Source: an uncultured Fibrobacteria bacterium (GTDB lineage: Bacteria; Fibrobacterota; Fibrobacteria; UBA11236). Taken from it: a stretch of 64,000 bases of DNA. Below are positions 38,363 to 48,500 of the stretch, one piece after another. Every line of letters starts with the position of its first letter. Within the stretch, counting starts at the first letter, position 1. The notes under the pieces are model-generated. The model was not told the DNA's origin. It made no database searches and saw only the letters and a program-made list of their open reading frames with translations. The stretch covers positions 768,001-832,000 of the forward strand of contig OY970309.1 in the NCBI GenBank assembly GCA_963716395.1, written 5' to 3'. The translations under genes and the position numbers were made by a program.

Positions 38363-39355
38363 ATGGAACTGCGAAATTTGACCGTGGGGGTCGGAGCGGC
38401 GCTGGTCGACCTGCTGATTGAAGAGGACGACGCCTTTGTCGGCCGTCTCGGATCGGCCAAGGGCGGCATGACCTTGGTGAAGGCGGAGGCCATTCGCGCC
38501 GCCCTGGCGCAAACCGAAGCCGAGCCCACCATGGTTCCGGGTGGTTCGGCCTGCAACACCTTGGTCGGCCTGGGACGCCTGGGAGCCCGCGCGCGTCTGA
38601 TCGGGCGGTTGGGGCGCGACGCGCTGGGCGACGCCTTTCACGCCGGCCTGACTCAGGCCGGTGTCGAGGCCCGCCTGCGGATTTCCCCGGATGCGGGCAC
38701 GGGGCACGTGCTGTCCGTGGTCACCCCCGATGCGCAGCGCACCATGTTCACCCACCTGGGGGCCTCGTCGCAACTGCATCCGGACGACCTGGAAGAATCC
38801 GACATGCGCGACGCCGACTGGGCGTACCTCGAGGGCTACCTACTGTTCAATTTTCCCGTGGTCGAACGCGTGTTGGAGTTGGCGGGCCGCCATCGCGTGC
38901 GCGTGGCCCTGGACCTCAGCTCGTTCGAAGTGGTCGAAGCCTGTCGGGCCCGCATCGACGCGCTCCTGGCCCAGCGGCGCATCGACCTCGTTATCGCCAA
39001 CGAAGACGAGTCGCGCGCCTACACCGGATTGGGCGAATCCGACGCGCTGGCTTTTCTGGCCGAGCGCGCCAATCTGGCCGTGGTCAAATGCGGCAAACAC
39101 GGCGCCTTGGCCGCGCGCGGATCCGAGCGCGCCGACGTCGCCGCGCACGGCGTCACCGCCGTCGACACCACCGGTGCGGGCGATTTGTGGGCCGCGGGAT
39201 TTTTGTTCGGCTGGCAGCATGGGCTCGGTTTGGAAAGTTCCGCGCGCCTGGGATGCAAACTCGGCGCCGAAGTCGTGCAGGTGACGGGCGCGGCGATTCC
39301 CGCGGACGGCTGGCGGCGCGTGCACGCTTACCGCGACGAATTGATGCGGGAATAG
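38363..39355 (+). CDS. PfkB-family sugar/adenosine kinase
   Basis: GAALVD, KGGMTL, PGGSACNT, TPDAQRTM, ANEDE, DTTGAGD. Confidence 0.92.
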   Translation: MELRNLTVGVGAALVDLLIEEDDAFVGRLGSAKGGMTLVKAEAIRAALAQTEAEPTMVPGGSACNTLVGLGRLGARARLIGRLGRDALGDAFHAGLTQAGVEARLRISPDAGTGHVLSVVTPDAQRTMFTHLGASSQLHPDDLEESDMRDADWAYLEGYLLFNFPVVERVLELAGRHRVRVALDLSSFEVVEACRARIDALLAQRRIDLVIANEDESRAYTGLGESDALAFLAERANLAVVKCGKHGALAARGSERADVAAHGVTAVDTTGAGDLWAAGFLFGWQHGLGLESSARLGCKLGAEVVQVTGAAIPADGWRRVHAYRDELMRE

Positions 39356-39377
39356 AGGTGAAAATAAGCGCGAAGGT

Positions 39378-40370
39378 TTACGGTTGCCGCGGTGCGGCGG
39401 CGGCCTTGCGCAAGCGGTCGTTTACCGCGCGCCCCAAACCCCTCTCCGGCAGCAGACGCGCATAAATGCGAACGCAGCCGGCAGCGTCGAGCCGGTGCAG
39501 CGCCGCGAAAAGCTCGGCGGCCGCGGCGCGCAGGTCGCCGGCCGGCGAGAGGTTTTCCACGCGGACGAATCCCGCGGGCGGATGGGGACCGAACCACAAC
39601 AAACCGCAGGACGACGCCGAAGCCGGAACCGCCGATGCATTTTCCGGCCACAGCGAAAGCGGCGTGCGGGGCGCATAATGCCAGGGCATTTGGCCCGGTG
39701 CCGAGGCCGGCGCATCACTTGGGTGACTCGGTTCGGCTGGCGGCAAAGGTCGGCGGCCCAGGGTCTCCGCCAAATCTTCGGCCACGACGCCCCCGGCGCG
39801 CAGCAGCACAGGTTCGCCGGCGGCATTCCAACCCAGGACCGTCGATTCGACACCTACGGCGCAGGGCCCGCCGTCGAGCACGCAGTCGACGCCGTCGCCC
39901 AGGGCCGCCGCGACATGCGCGGCCGTGGTCGGACTCAGGCCGCCGAAAGGATTGGCACTGGGTGCGGCCAAGGGGCCCGCGGCCCGCAACAGCGCCAGAG
40001 CCGCGGGATGCGCGGGCATGCGCAATGCCACGGTGGGCAAGCCCGCGGTGGCGAGATCGGGCACCGCCGGACGCTTGGGAAGCACCAAGGTCAATGGTCC
40101 CGGCCAGAAGCGCGCCATCAACGCTTCGGCGTCGGGCGGAAGGCGCGCGCACAGATCGTCGACCCGCGCGCGCTCGGCGACGTGCACGATGAGCGGATCG
40201 AAAAAGGGCCGGCGTTTGACTTCGAAGATGCGGGCCAGGGCGATTGGATTGAAAGCGCTGCCGGCCAGACCATATACGGTTTCGGTGGGCATGCCCACCA
40301 CGCCGCCGCGCCGCAAGGCTGCGGCCGCGCGGTCCAGGTTCTCCGGCGAGGGATCGAGAATGGGAATCAA
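39378..40370 (-). CDS. sua5: L-threonylcarbamoyladenylate synthase (Sua5/TsaC2)
   Basis: PTETVYGL, PLIVH, FWPGPLT, AAPSAN, GVEST, APGQ..HYAP and RAVNDRL Sua5 tail; TTG start inferred. Confidence 0.93.
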   Translation of the reverse strand: MIPILDPSPENLDRAAAALRRGGVVGMPTETVYGLAGSAFNPIALARIFEVKRRPFFDPLIVHVAERARVDDLCARLPPDAEALMARFWPGPLTLVLPKRPAVPDLATAGLPTVALRMPAHPAALALLRAAGPLAAPSANPFGGLSPTTAAHVAAALGDGVDCVLDGGPCAVGVESTVLGWNAAGEPVLLRAGGVVAEDLAETLGRRPLPPAEPSHPSDAPASAPGQMPWHYAPRTPLSLWPENASAVPASASSCGLLWFGPHPPAGFVRVENLSPAGDLRAAAAELFAALHRLDAAGCVRIYARLLPERGLGRAVNDRLRKAAAAPRQP

Positions 40371-40402
40371 AACCGGGTCGGGTGGGCGCCGTCCGCCCTG
40401 CG

Positions 40403-41113
40403 TCAGGGCTCGGTGGTCGCCGCCATGCGTTCCGCCTCGTGGACGGCGCCGGGTTGTTCGGCCGTGACATGGGCGCCGGTCCACTCCGCCGGTTCCTCGG
40501 CGGTCTGACGCCCCTTCGACTTTTGGAAGCGGGTGCGGAATACATCGTCCCAAAAACGCGTGGTCACCCCGTAATTGCGGTCGGGAAATTGGTGGTGGAT
40601 GCGGTGGTAGGCTTTGAGCTTGCGCATCCAAACGCTGCGGATATCCCAGTGATGGTGGCTGTGATGCACCAGCGAATACCACACGTATCCGGCCAACCAT
40701 CCGGCCAATCCGGCGGAAAAACGGGGAACGCGCAGCACTTCGGCGACCACGTACCACAGGCCGAACACCGAAATCGTGGTCATGAACCAGGGCATGGCGA
40801 TAAGCGCCAAGGCATCTTCGTGGTGCATGCGGTGGCCGTCGCCGAAAATGCCGTCGGGCTGATGGTAGACCCAACGGTGCACGATGTATTCAGTCAGGCC
40901 CCAGAGAAAGTATCCCAGCGCCAAAGCGGCCAACGCGAACAACGGACGCTCATGCTTGGCGAAAAGGTCCCACGCCAGGAAAAACAACGCGCTGGAAGAG
41001 TCGGCGATAAAAGTGAACCAGTAATTTTTGACGCCCAAGGCGAAATTTTCCAATAGCCACTTGCGCGCATTCGCGCTCAGCAAACTTTGAGTCAGCAAAC
41101 TTTTGCTTTCCAT
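40403..41113 (-). CDS. Fatty acid hydroxylase/sterol desaturase family protein
   Basis: His boxes EYIVHRWVYH, HRMHH, HHSHH, HRIHH; NYGVTTRFWD.VF.T. Confidence 0.9.
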   Translation of the reverse strand: MESKSLLTQSLLSANARKWLLENFALGVKNYWFTFIADSSSALFFLAWDLFAKHERPLFALAALALGYFLWGLTEYIVHRWVYHQPDGIFGDGHRMHHEDALALIAMPWFMTTISVFGLWYVVAEVLRVPRFSAGLAGWLAGYVWYSLVHHSHHHWDIRSVWMRKLKAYHRIHHQFPDRNYGVTTRFWDDVFRTRFQKSKGRQTAEEPAEWTGAHVTAEQPGAVHEAERMAATTEP

Positions 41114-41291
41114 CACTTCGATGCCCTTTTCAGCATGGCGGGGCAAAAAATACTAAAAGGACAGAGAGTGACATTCTCGGACAATCCTATTCGCGGCCAA
41201 AACGCGGATGTGCCAGGCTGGCAATAAGTTTTTAAAAAGCTATCAAACGGGGGGCCGCAATCGGTGCGGCGAACAAAACAATTTCAAAGCC

Positions 41292-41603
41292 TCAGATAAA
41301 CAATTTGGCAATACGCGCCGCAATGGTTTGCACGGTTTTGTCGTCCAACTGATAATTCCCGCTTTGCACCAAAGACTTCAGGCGTTCGACCTTCATCGAT
41401 TGTTCGTTTTGATACGCGTTGCCACCCTGCGTTGAAGTCGCGCCCTGGGTGTATTGCACCGCGGTTTGCGTCAGGTCGACCTGATCCTGATTGTGCTCAA
41501 CCGGCTCTTGCTGGATTTTGGCATCCTTATTCGGATCTCTTTCCAGCAACGCTCGCTGGCTGACCAGCCGCGCCACTTGCGAAACGATTTGCGGAGAATC
41601 CAT
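41292..41603 (-). CDS. flgM: Flagellar anti-sigma28 factor FlgM
   Basis: DQVDLT...KVERLKSLVQSGNYQLDD..IA.RI C-terminal FlgM signature; sigma28 promoter upstream. Confidence 0.85.
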   Translation of the reverse strand: MDSPQIVSQVARLVSQRALLERDPNKDAKIQQEPVEHNQDQVDLTQTAVQYTQGATSTQGGNAYQNEQSMKVERLKSLVQSGNYQLDDKTVQTIAARIAKLFI

Positions 41604-41664
41604 GACACACCATCCTACTGAAAGCCCTCCGGCTGAACCTCCCCATCTTGGGCCTTCATCAAAT

Positions 41665-41692
41665 TTATCGGGTGGGATGCCAGGTTACTTTA
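41665..41692 (-). promoter_or_regulatory. Sigma28 (FliA)-type promoter of flgM
   Basis: Minus strand TAAA-N16-CCCGATAA versus consensus TAAA-N15/16-GCCGATAA. Confidence 0.72.
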
Positions 41693-41754
41693 ACCTTGAC
41701 TCCTGGAAATCCTGCAAATTTCGGCTACGCTTTGAAAAAGTTCAATCAAAAACC

Positions 41755-44700
41755 TCAAATCGAAGCCACAACCGAAACCGGAATTCGGGCGTCGGCGTAA
41801 TACCGTTGCAAATCCTCCCGGGAAAAGCCCTTTCCCTTTGGAATGGCCAAGCCGGCCTGGAGAAGGCGCACGGCCAAATCCACACGCCCTTTTTCATGCC
41901 AATAGCCGCCCAGGAATTCCAGGGCTTTGATCTTCAACATGGCGAAGTCCACGGGAATGAAGGCCGGCCCCGATTCGACGGCGAGCAGCGCTTCAAAGTC
42001 GGCCCGGGCTTGTTCGCGCCGGTTCAAGGCGTGCAGCAATTGGGCGCGCACCAGCCGCGCTTCGGGTAACTTCCAGGTTTCTTCCCCGGATTGTTCCAGC
42101 AGCCGCAGGCCTTCGGCGTAACGCCGCAACCGGGCCAGGGCCACCGCGCTTTTGACCGGAACCGCGGCGGCGATATGGGGATTGGAATCGGTGCGCGCGG
42201 CCGCCGCGCGGGCGTCGGCGAAATGCCGCAGCGCAGCTTCGGGGTCATCGAGATCGAGACAGGCCATGGCCAAGGTGTAATGGGTGACGGCCGTGACGTC
42301 GCGACCGTCGCGGAGTTGGGTTTCCAGAATCGCGCGGTTGCGCGCTTGCTTGGCGCGCGCTTGCGCGGCGTCGCTGTAACCCGTGTGCAGAATGCGGATC
42401 GTCCGATATTCCACCGGCAATCCGACCTTTTCCAGGGCGGGTAGAATCTGTTCATGCACGGGCGCGGTGAAGCGCAACTCCGGCCGGTTGGGGAACAGGC
42501 GAATCTGGTGGAACACCGTGCCGGTGGCGCCGCCGTCGCCGGTGTTCTGCACCAGAAATCCGTAAGCCCGATCGGCCGGCCGCTCGGCCAGCGCGCGCAG
42601 GGCGGCCTTGTCTTCGGGCCGCAGCCGGTCGTCGGCGTCGAGCCAGAGAATCCATTCGCCGCTGGCGGCATCCAGCGACAGATTGCGCGCCCGGCTGAAA
42701 TCATGCTGCCATTGCGTGCGCAACACCGTGGCCCCGCGGCCTTCGGCCCAGGCGTCGGTGCCGTCGCCCGAGCCGGTGTCGACCACAATCACCTCTTCGG
42801 CCAGGCCTTCGGCGTCGGCCAGGCACAGGGGCAGGTTCGCCATTTCGTTTTTCACGATCATGCACAAACTGAGCCGCGGCTTTTTCGCGGCCGAGCGGGT
42901 GGGAGCTTCGAGCCAAGTCGCAAACGCAGCCGCGGGAAAGGCCGCGCGGGCCCCGGCCAACGCCGCGGCATATTCTTCGCGCCGGCCCAGTTCGATCAGC
43001 AGATCCAGGCGATCGCGATGCACGGCCTCCAAGGCGCCGGCGTTCAACTCCGCCGCGCGGGCAAAACACTCAGCAGCCTCCTCGCGTTCACCCTTCCGGC
43101 GCAGCAATTGACCCAGAAAATGCCAGGCTTCCACCACTTGCGGATAGGCTTGGTTCAGGCGGCGCAAGGTAGCGATGGCTTCGCCTTCCGCGCCGCGCCC
43201 GGCCTGCAGGCGCGCCCCATGCCAAAGCGAAAAAATGCGCACGGTGTCAAATTGCGAAGCCGTGGCCGAAAAAATCAAAGGCATTTCGGCTACGGCGGCG
43301 AAAGCTTTTTCCGCCGCTTCCGGCTGCCCCATTTCCAGCAGGCATTCGGCCTCGTAATAGGCCGGTTCGATTTTTTCCGGCTGCAAGTCGCGGCTGCGCC
43401 GGAACCACGCCAGCGCTTCGGAGTAACGCCCCAGTTTCTGGTGGCCCCGGCCGATGCAGGCCGGCAGTTCGGAATACACGTCGGAGTTGATCTCGCGGCC
43501 ACCCGGAATCTCAAAGGCGCGTGTATAGGCGGCGATGCCCTGCTCCCATTCCCCCAAAATGAAATGCGAATCCCCCACGCTCATGGCCAACGACGGCTCC
43601 TGCGCCACGCGCGCGTCTTCGCGCGCCAGGATTTCCAGGTTGCGCCGCGCCTTTTTCTGCTTGAGCTCCGGATCTTCGTACCCGGTATGGTGGAGGGAGG
43701 TGGCGGTGTAAAAGCAATGCAGGCCCATTTCGGCCAGGGCATGCAGCACCTGTTCATGCACCCGGTAGCGGAAACGCAAGCGCGGGTGGTTGGGGAACAT
43801 GCGCATTTGCATGAAGCGCCCGCCCAAAGGCAGCCCGGCCTGGGTATTGATGACTTGAAACCCGAAGGCGCGGTCGAGCGGCGCGGTTTTCAGCCTGCGG
43901 AAGTTCTCGTATTGATCCGCGGGAATGCGGTCGTCGGCGTCGAGCCACAGCACCCATGCGCAGTGGGCCTGGTCGATGGCCTGGTTACGGGCCAGGCTGA
44001 AATCATTTTGCCATACCGTTTGAAACCACCGCACGCCCAATTCCTGCAACAGGTCCTGGGTGCCGTCGTCCGACCCGGTGTCGTTGACCACGATTTCATC
44101 GGCGATGGGGCGAAAACTTTCGATGGCCGCACGGATATTGCCGGCCTCGTTCTTGACAATCATCACCACCGACAAGGTGCCCGGCGGATAGGGGCTTGGC
44201 AGCGGCGCGCGGATGGTGCCGAAGCGCTTGTGCAAGGGCTCGGGCGCGGTGATTTTTTTGGGCGGCGCGGAAGGTTCGGGTTGTTCCCCAGCGGCCTCGG
44301 GCCGTCCCCGTCGGTAAGCTGCGTAGGCTTCGGCCAACGCCCGATCCTCGGGGTGGCGCGCCAGCCGGGCTTCGGCATAGGCGCGCAGGGTTTCGGCGTC
44401 GCCCCGATCGCGGAAGAACTCGAAAGGAAACAGCGAATCCACCGGCAGCGGGTCGAGGCCTTCGCGCAGCAAGGTCCGCAAACAGGCATCGGCCGACTCC
44501 GCCTTCGCCGCTCCGTGCACCTGCGTGTCCAGCAGCGCGGCATAACCCAACGCGTTGCGCCGCACCGAGGCGTTGTCGGCGGCCAACAGGCCCACGCCGG
44601 CGGGCCGGTGGGCGATGGAGAGGAAAATCGTAAGGGCGCCTTTGAATCGCCCGCGACCCAAGGCGCGCTTGGCATTGCGGAGGGCGGGCAAAAGGTGCTC

Positions 44701-45534
44701 CGGCTCCCAACTGTCGGCCAAAGCGTCCCAGCGTTCCGCCCCGGCCGCGTCGCCCAGGCGTTCGCAGCATTCGGCGATCAGGCAGGGGAAACGCCGAAGA
44801 TACGGGTGTTCGGGCGGATCGTGCGGCGATTCGCCCAGGCGCTCACGGAAAATGCGCAGGGCTTCGGCCGGAGCGCCGGTCTGGCACAAGGCGTTGCCGA
44901 GGGCCATGGCCACGGCCGGGTCGCCGGGATGATCGGTCATCTCGCGGCGCAACAAATCCAGGTTGCGGCACGCCTTGGCGGCGCGCTGTTCCGGGGTGGC
45001 ATAGCCGGTATGCACCACTTCGAGATCCGTCTCGCGCACGGGTAGGTGCAGACGCGCGCAGGCCGTGCCCAGTTGTTCGTGGATGCGGCCTTCGAAGACC
45101 AGACCGCGCCGGTTGGGAAACAGTCGGATTTGCCGGAAGACGTCGCCGCCGCCGTCTTCGCGCGGGCTGCGCACCACCAGCCGCCAAGCTGCCGCAGGCG
45201 CACACAGCAGTTCGCGAAGGCCCGCCGCGGTTTCCGGCGGCAGGCGGTCGTCGGCATCGAGCCATAGAATGAAATCGCCGCGGCATTGCGCCAAGGCGGC
45301 ATTGCGGGCCGCCGCGAAATCATCGTTCCAGCAAAAGTCATGCACCTCCGCGCCGTGCGATCGCGCCACCTCGGCCGTGCCGTCGCGGCTGCCGGTGTCG
45401 ACCACCACGGATTGGATCAAACCGGGAATTTTGGCGGCGTCGTCGAGCAAGGCGGGCAGCCGCGCGGCTTCGTCGCGCGCAATCACGGCCAGCGACAGGC
45501 TGGGCGTGAGGGCGGAATCGGATGCTCGGCTCAC
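41755..45534 (-). CDS. Giant glycosyltransferase with three tandem GT2-TPR modules
   Basis: Three copies of LS(L/V)xxI(A/V)(R/K)(D/N)E..DTGS..DF..ARN..WLDADDR..HEQ..HTGY, each followed by TPR-like helices. Confidence 0.9.
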   Translation of the reverse strand: MSRASDSALTPSLSLAVIARDEAARLPALLDDAAKIPGLIQSVVVDTGSRDGTAEVARSHGAEVHDFCWNDDFAAARNAALAQCRGDFILWLDADDRLPPETAAGLRELLCAPAAAWRLVVRSPREDGGGDVFRQIRLFPNRRGLVFEGRIHEQLGTACARLHLPVRETDLEVVHTGYATPEQRAAKACRNLDLLRREMTDHPGDPAVAMALGNALCQTGAPAEALRIFRERLGESPHDPPEHPYLRRFPCLIAECCERLGDAAGAERWDALADSWEPEHLLPALRNAKRALGRGRFKGALTIFLSIAHRPAGVGLLAADNASVRRNALGYAALLDTQVHGAAKAESADACLRTLLREGLDPLPVDSLFPFEFFRDRGDAETLRAYAEARLARHPEDRALAEAYAAYRRGRPEAAGEQPEPSAPPKKITAPEPLHKRFGTIRAPLPSPYPPGTLSVVMIVKNEAGNIRAAIESFRPIADEIVVNDTGSDDGTQDLLQELGVRWFQTVWQNDFSLARNQAIDQAHCAWVLWLDADDRIPADQYENFRRLKTAPLDRAFGFQVINTQAGLPLGGRFMQMRMFPNHPRLRFRYRVHEQVLHALAEMGLHCFYTATSLHHTGYEDPELKQKKARRNLEILAREDARVAQEPSLAMSVGDSHFILGEWEQGIAAYTRAFEIPGGREINSDVYSELPACIGRGHQKLGRYSEALAWFRRSRDLQPEKIEPAYYEAECLLEMGQPEAAEKAFAAVAEMPLIFSATASQFDTVRIFSLWHGARLQAGRGAEGEAIATLRRLNQAYPQVVEAWHFLGQLLRRKGEREEAAECFARAAELNAGALEAVHRDRLDLLIELGRREEYAAALAGARAAFPAAAFATWLEAPTRSAAKKPRLSLCMIVKNEMANLPLCLADAEGLAEEVIVVDTGSGDGTDAWAEGRGATVLRTQWQHDFSRARNLSLDAASGEWILWLDADDRLRPEDKAALRALAERPADRAYGFLVQNTGDGGATGTVFHQIRLFPNRPELRFTAPVHEQILPALEKVGLPVEYRTIRILHTGYSDAAQARAKQARNRAILETQLRDGRDVTAVTHYTLAMACLDLDDPEAALRHFADARAAAARTDSNPHIAAAVPVKSAVALARLRRYAEGLRLLEQSGEETWKLPEARLVRAQLLHALNRREQARADFEALLAVESGPAFIPVDFAMLKIKALEFLGGYWHEKGRVDLAVRLLQAGLAIPKGKGFSREDLQRYYADARIPVSVVASI

Positions 45535-45579
45535 GAAATCCCTTTCCGATTCGCTTCCGCGCCGCGGCGCGGGCTGGGG

Positions 45580-48500
45580 TCAAACCGCCCCGCTCAAAAT
45601 TTGCCGCACCTCGTGGAATTCGGGGTGGCGGTGGAGCGACTGCTCCAAAGCCGGACGCACGTCGCTTTCGCGCCGCACGGCGCGCGCCGACTCCCACAGG
45701 TTGAGGAGAATGTCCTGATCCTGCGGGTTCAAACGCGCGGCCTGTTCGAACAGACGAAACGAGTCGTCGAAGCGGTTCTGGGCAAAGGCGATGATACCCA
45801 AACCGTTCAGGGCCTGGGGATTTTCCGGGCGCTTTTCCACGGCGTCGAGAAAGCTGCGCAAGGCTTCGGCCGGCCGCCCCGCCTTCATATCGGACTCGGC
45901 TTTTTCCAGCAGCGCGGCGCCGGCTTCCAGTTCGTCAAAGGCGCGCGCGGCATACAAGGCTTCTCCCTCGCCTTCCAGATGGCGCTGCATGCGGCGGGCC
46001 AGGACGTGATCCGGCTGCGCGCGCAGCGCGGCCTCAAGCCGGCGCGCCAGCGCCTCTTTGTTCCGCGTGGCCAAAGCCGCGTCAAAGGCATTGGCCAGGG
46101 CGTCGTCCCAGTCGGGCCAGAGATCCAAGCTGCGTTCAAAACAGCGCCAGGCCTCATCGGCGCGGCCCAGTTGAAAGGCCGCCACGCCGCGGTTGTTCCA
46201 GGCGCGGAAATCGCCGGGATGCGCCTCCGCCTGCGGGGCGCACTGCGTTTCGGCTTCGGCCGATTTTCCGGCGCGCAGCGCCGCTTCGGCGCGGGAATTA
46301 ACGTCCCAGGAAAGAAACAATGCGTCCCAATCCGGCGCCGGCTGCGTGAGCGTGCGCCGCAGTTGTTCGGCGGCCGCAGGATATTCGCTGTGCGGCCGCG
46401 CTCCGGCGGCGGTTTCAAGCACCGACTGCGCTTCGGACGGCCGCCGGAGCCGAATCAAGGTTTCGGCCAGGTTCAAGGAGAAATTGGCTTCGCCCGGATC
46501 TTGAGCCGCAGCCTGGCGGAAGTAATCCAGCGCCTCCTCGAAGCGGTTGAAGCCGGCGGCGATGACGCCCATGAAATTGTGGCAGGCGCCCGCATCGCGG
46601 CCGCTTTGCAATTGCGTTTCGATGCGGTTCAGGGCTTCGTCGAAGCGCCCGCCGCGAATCAGCTCTTCCACCGCGGAGCGCCAATCGCCGGGAGCGGCGG
46701 CCACGGGCGTCCACGAAGTCTGCGGCGTCACGGCAAACGCCGAATTGGCGGGAAAACGTTGGCGCAAAGCGGCTTTTTCCGATTCCGACACTTCGCCGTT
46801 CAAGGCCCGCAAGGCGTCCAATACATTCATGCCGGTGTCCTTGTCTTCGGGCCGGCGAATCAGGGAGCGGATGGAAAGCAGGGCCGAGTCGCGATATTCG
46901 CCCTGATGGAAGCACAACGCGCCCAGGGCGCTCAGCACTTCGGCCTGGCCGGGATCGGCGTCGGCGGCGCGGAGAAATGACCGGCGGGCCGCATCGAGGT
47001 CGCCGCGCGCATAGGCGGCATGGCCTTCGGCGATCCAGCCTTCCACCTCGGCCGAAGCGGCGAAACGCAATTGCACGTCGCCCACGGCCGTGGCGCCGTG
47101 TTGCCATTTGGCCGTGAACTTGCGCTCGTTTTCTTGCATGAGCGCGGTCCAGTCCGCGTCCTCCTGACCGAACGACACGCTGCCGTAGTGGTGGATGTAG
47201 CTGTCGTGCGCGATGCAGGTGCGGTAGCCGAGATAGCGCGCGCGCAGGCAATAGTCGTCGTCTTCGAAATTGCCTTTGCCGAAGCGCTCGTCGAAGGGCC
47301 CGATCTTTTCGCAGGCGGCGCGCGGGATCAGCAGGCACACGCCTTTGAGCCAATCGTAATCGGCGCTGGCCAGATCGCGTTCGCGCTGCCATTCCGCGGC
47401 GAAGGTTTCCATCTCGGGCCGGGAGCGGTAAGGGACGCCTTCGACGGCCTGGGCGCCGGCGATGCGGTTGCAGCGCGGTCCCACGATGCCGATGGAGGGA
47501 TCGGTTTCACACAGGCGCACCAAATGCTCCAGCGTTCCGGGAAACAGCACGGTATCGTTGTTGAGAATGAGCACATAGTCGCCCTGCGCGGCGCGCAGGC
47601 CCTGGTTCCAACCCGCGGCCACGCCCCGGTTATCCTCGTTGCGGATGCAGCGCGCGCCCGGCACCGACTGAAAATATTCCCAGGTGCCATCGCGGCTGCC
47701 GTTATCGATCAGAATCAGTTCGTAGGACTGGCGCACATTCCGTCGGATCGATTCCACGCATTGGCGCGTGTATTCGACTTGGTTGAAACCGAGCAGAATG
47801 ATGGAAACGCGGGCGTCGAGGCGGTGGGACTGCGCCCGCGGGCGGGCGTCGAGCTGCCACCAGCCCACGCGCGGGCCGCCGTCGGCGCGGCCGGGAAAAC
47901 CGTGGTAGGGCCGCACGGCGGTGACGTCATATCCCGCCAACCGCAACGCGGCAGTGACGCCTTCCGACGTCACGTCGACGGGCGTTTCGAAACCGCGCGG
48001 ATGACGCGGCCGGCCCAGGGCCTGGTTCGCATTGAGAATGGCCACCAGGCACCGCAGTCGGTTCAACTGGCCGCGCAGATTGCGCAGGCGCTGCGGCAGG
48101 GCGTCGACCAGATCGGGTGACACGCGCAGGACGAGCAAATCCTGGCGGGCCAGGGCGATTTTCTCTCCGCGCAAATCCACGCCTTCGCCCGGCCCTGCGA
48201 CGGGAACGGGTGCCACCGCCGAGCCCGCGAAACCGACATTTTCGGCCTCTTGCAAATGATCGCGCAGGGTTTCGGGATAGTGCAGAAACAATCCTCCCGC
48301 GTTCGGGTCGAATGGAATTTCGGCCGTCGAGGCGGTTTGCAATTCGGCGCGCAGCGTCAACGCCGGGGCACCGGCCGGCGCGGCCGACGTCGTGAGCCGC
48401 AGACGCGCCACGCGCACCAGCTCGGGTTCGGTCAGATGGTCTTCCAGCCACGATCGCCGGCAGGCCAGGGCCAGCAGAGAGTCGGCGACCAGCCGTGATC

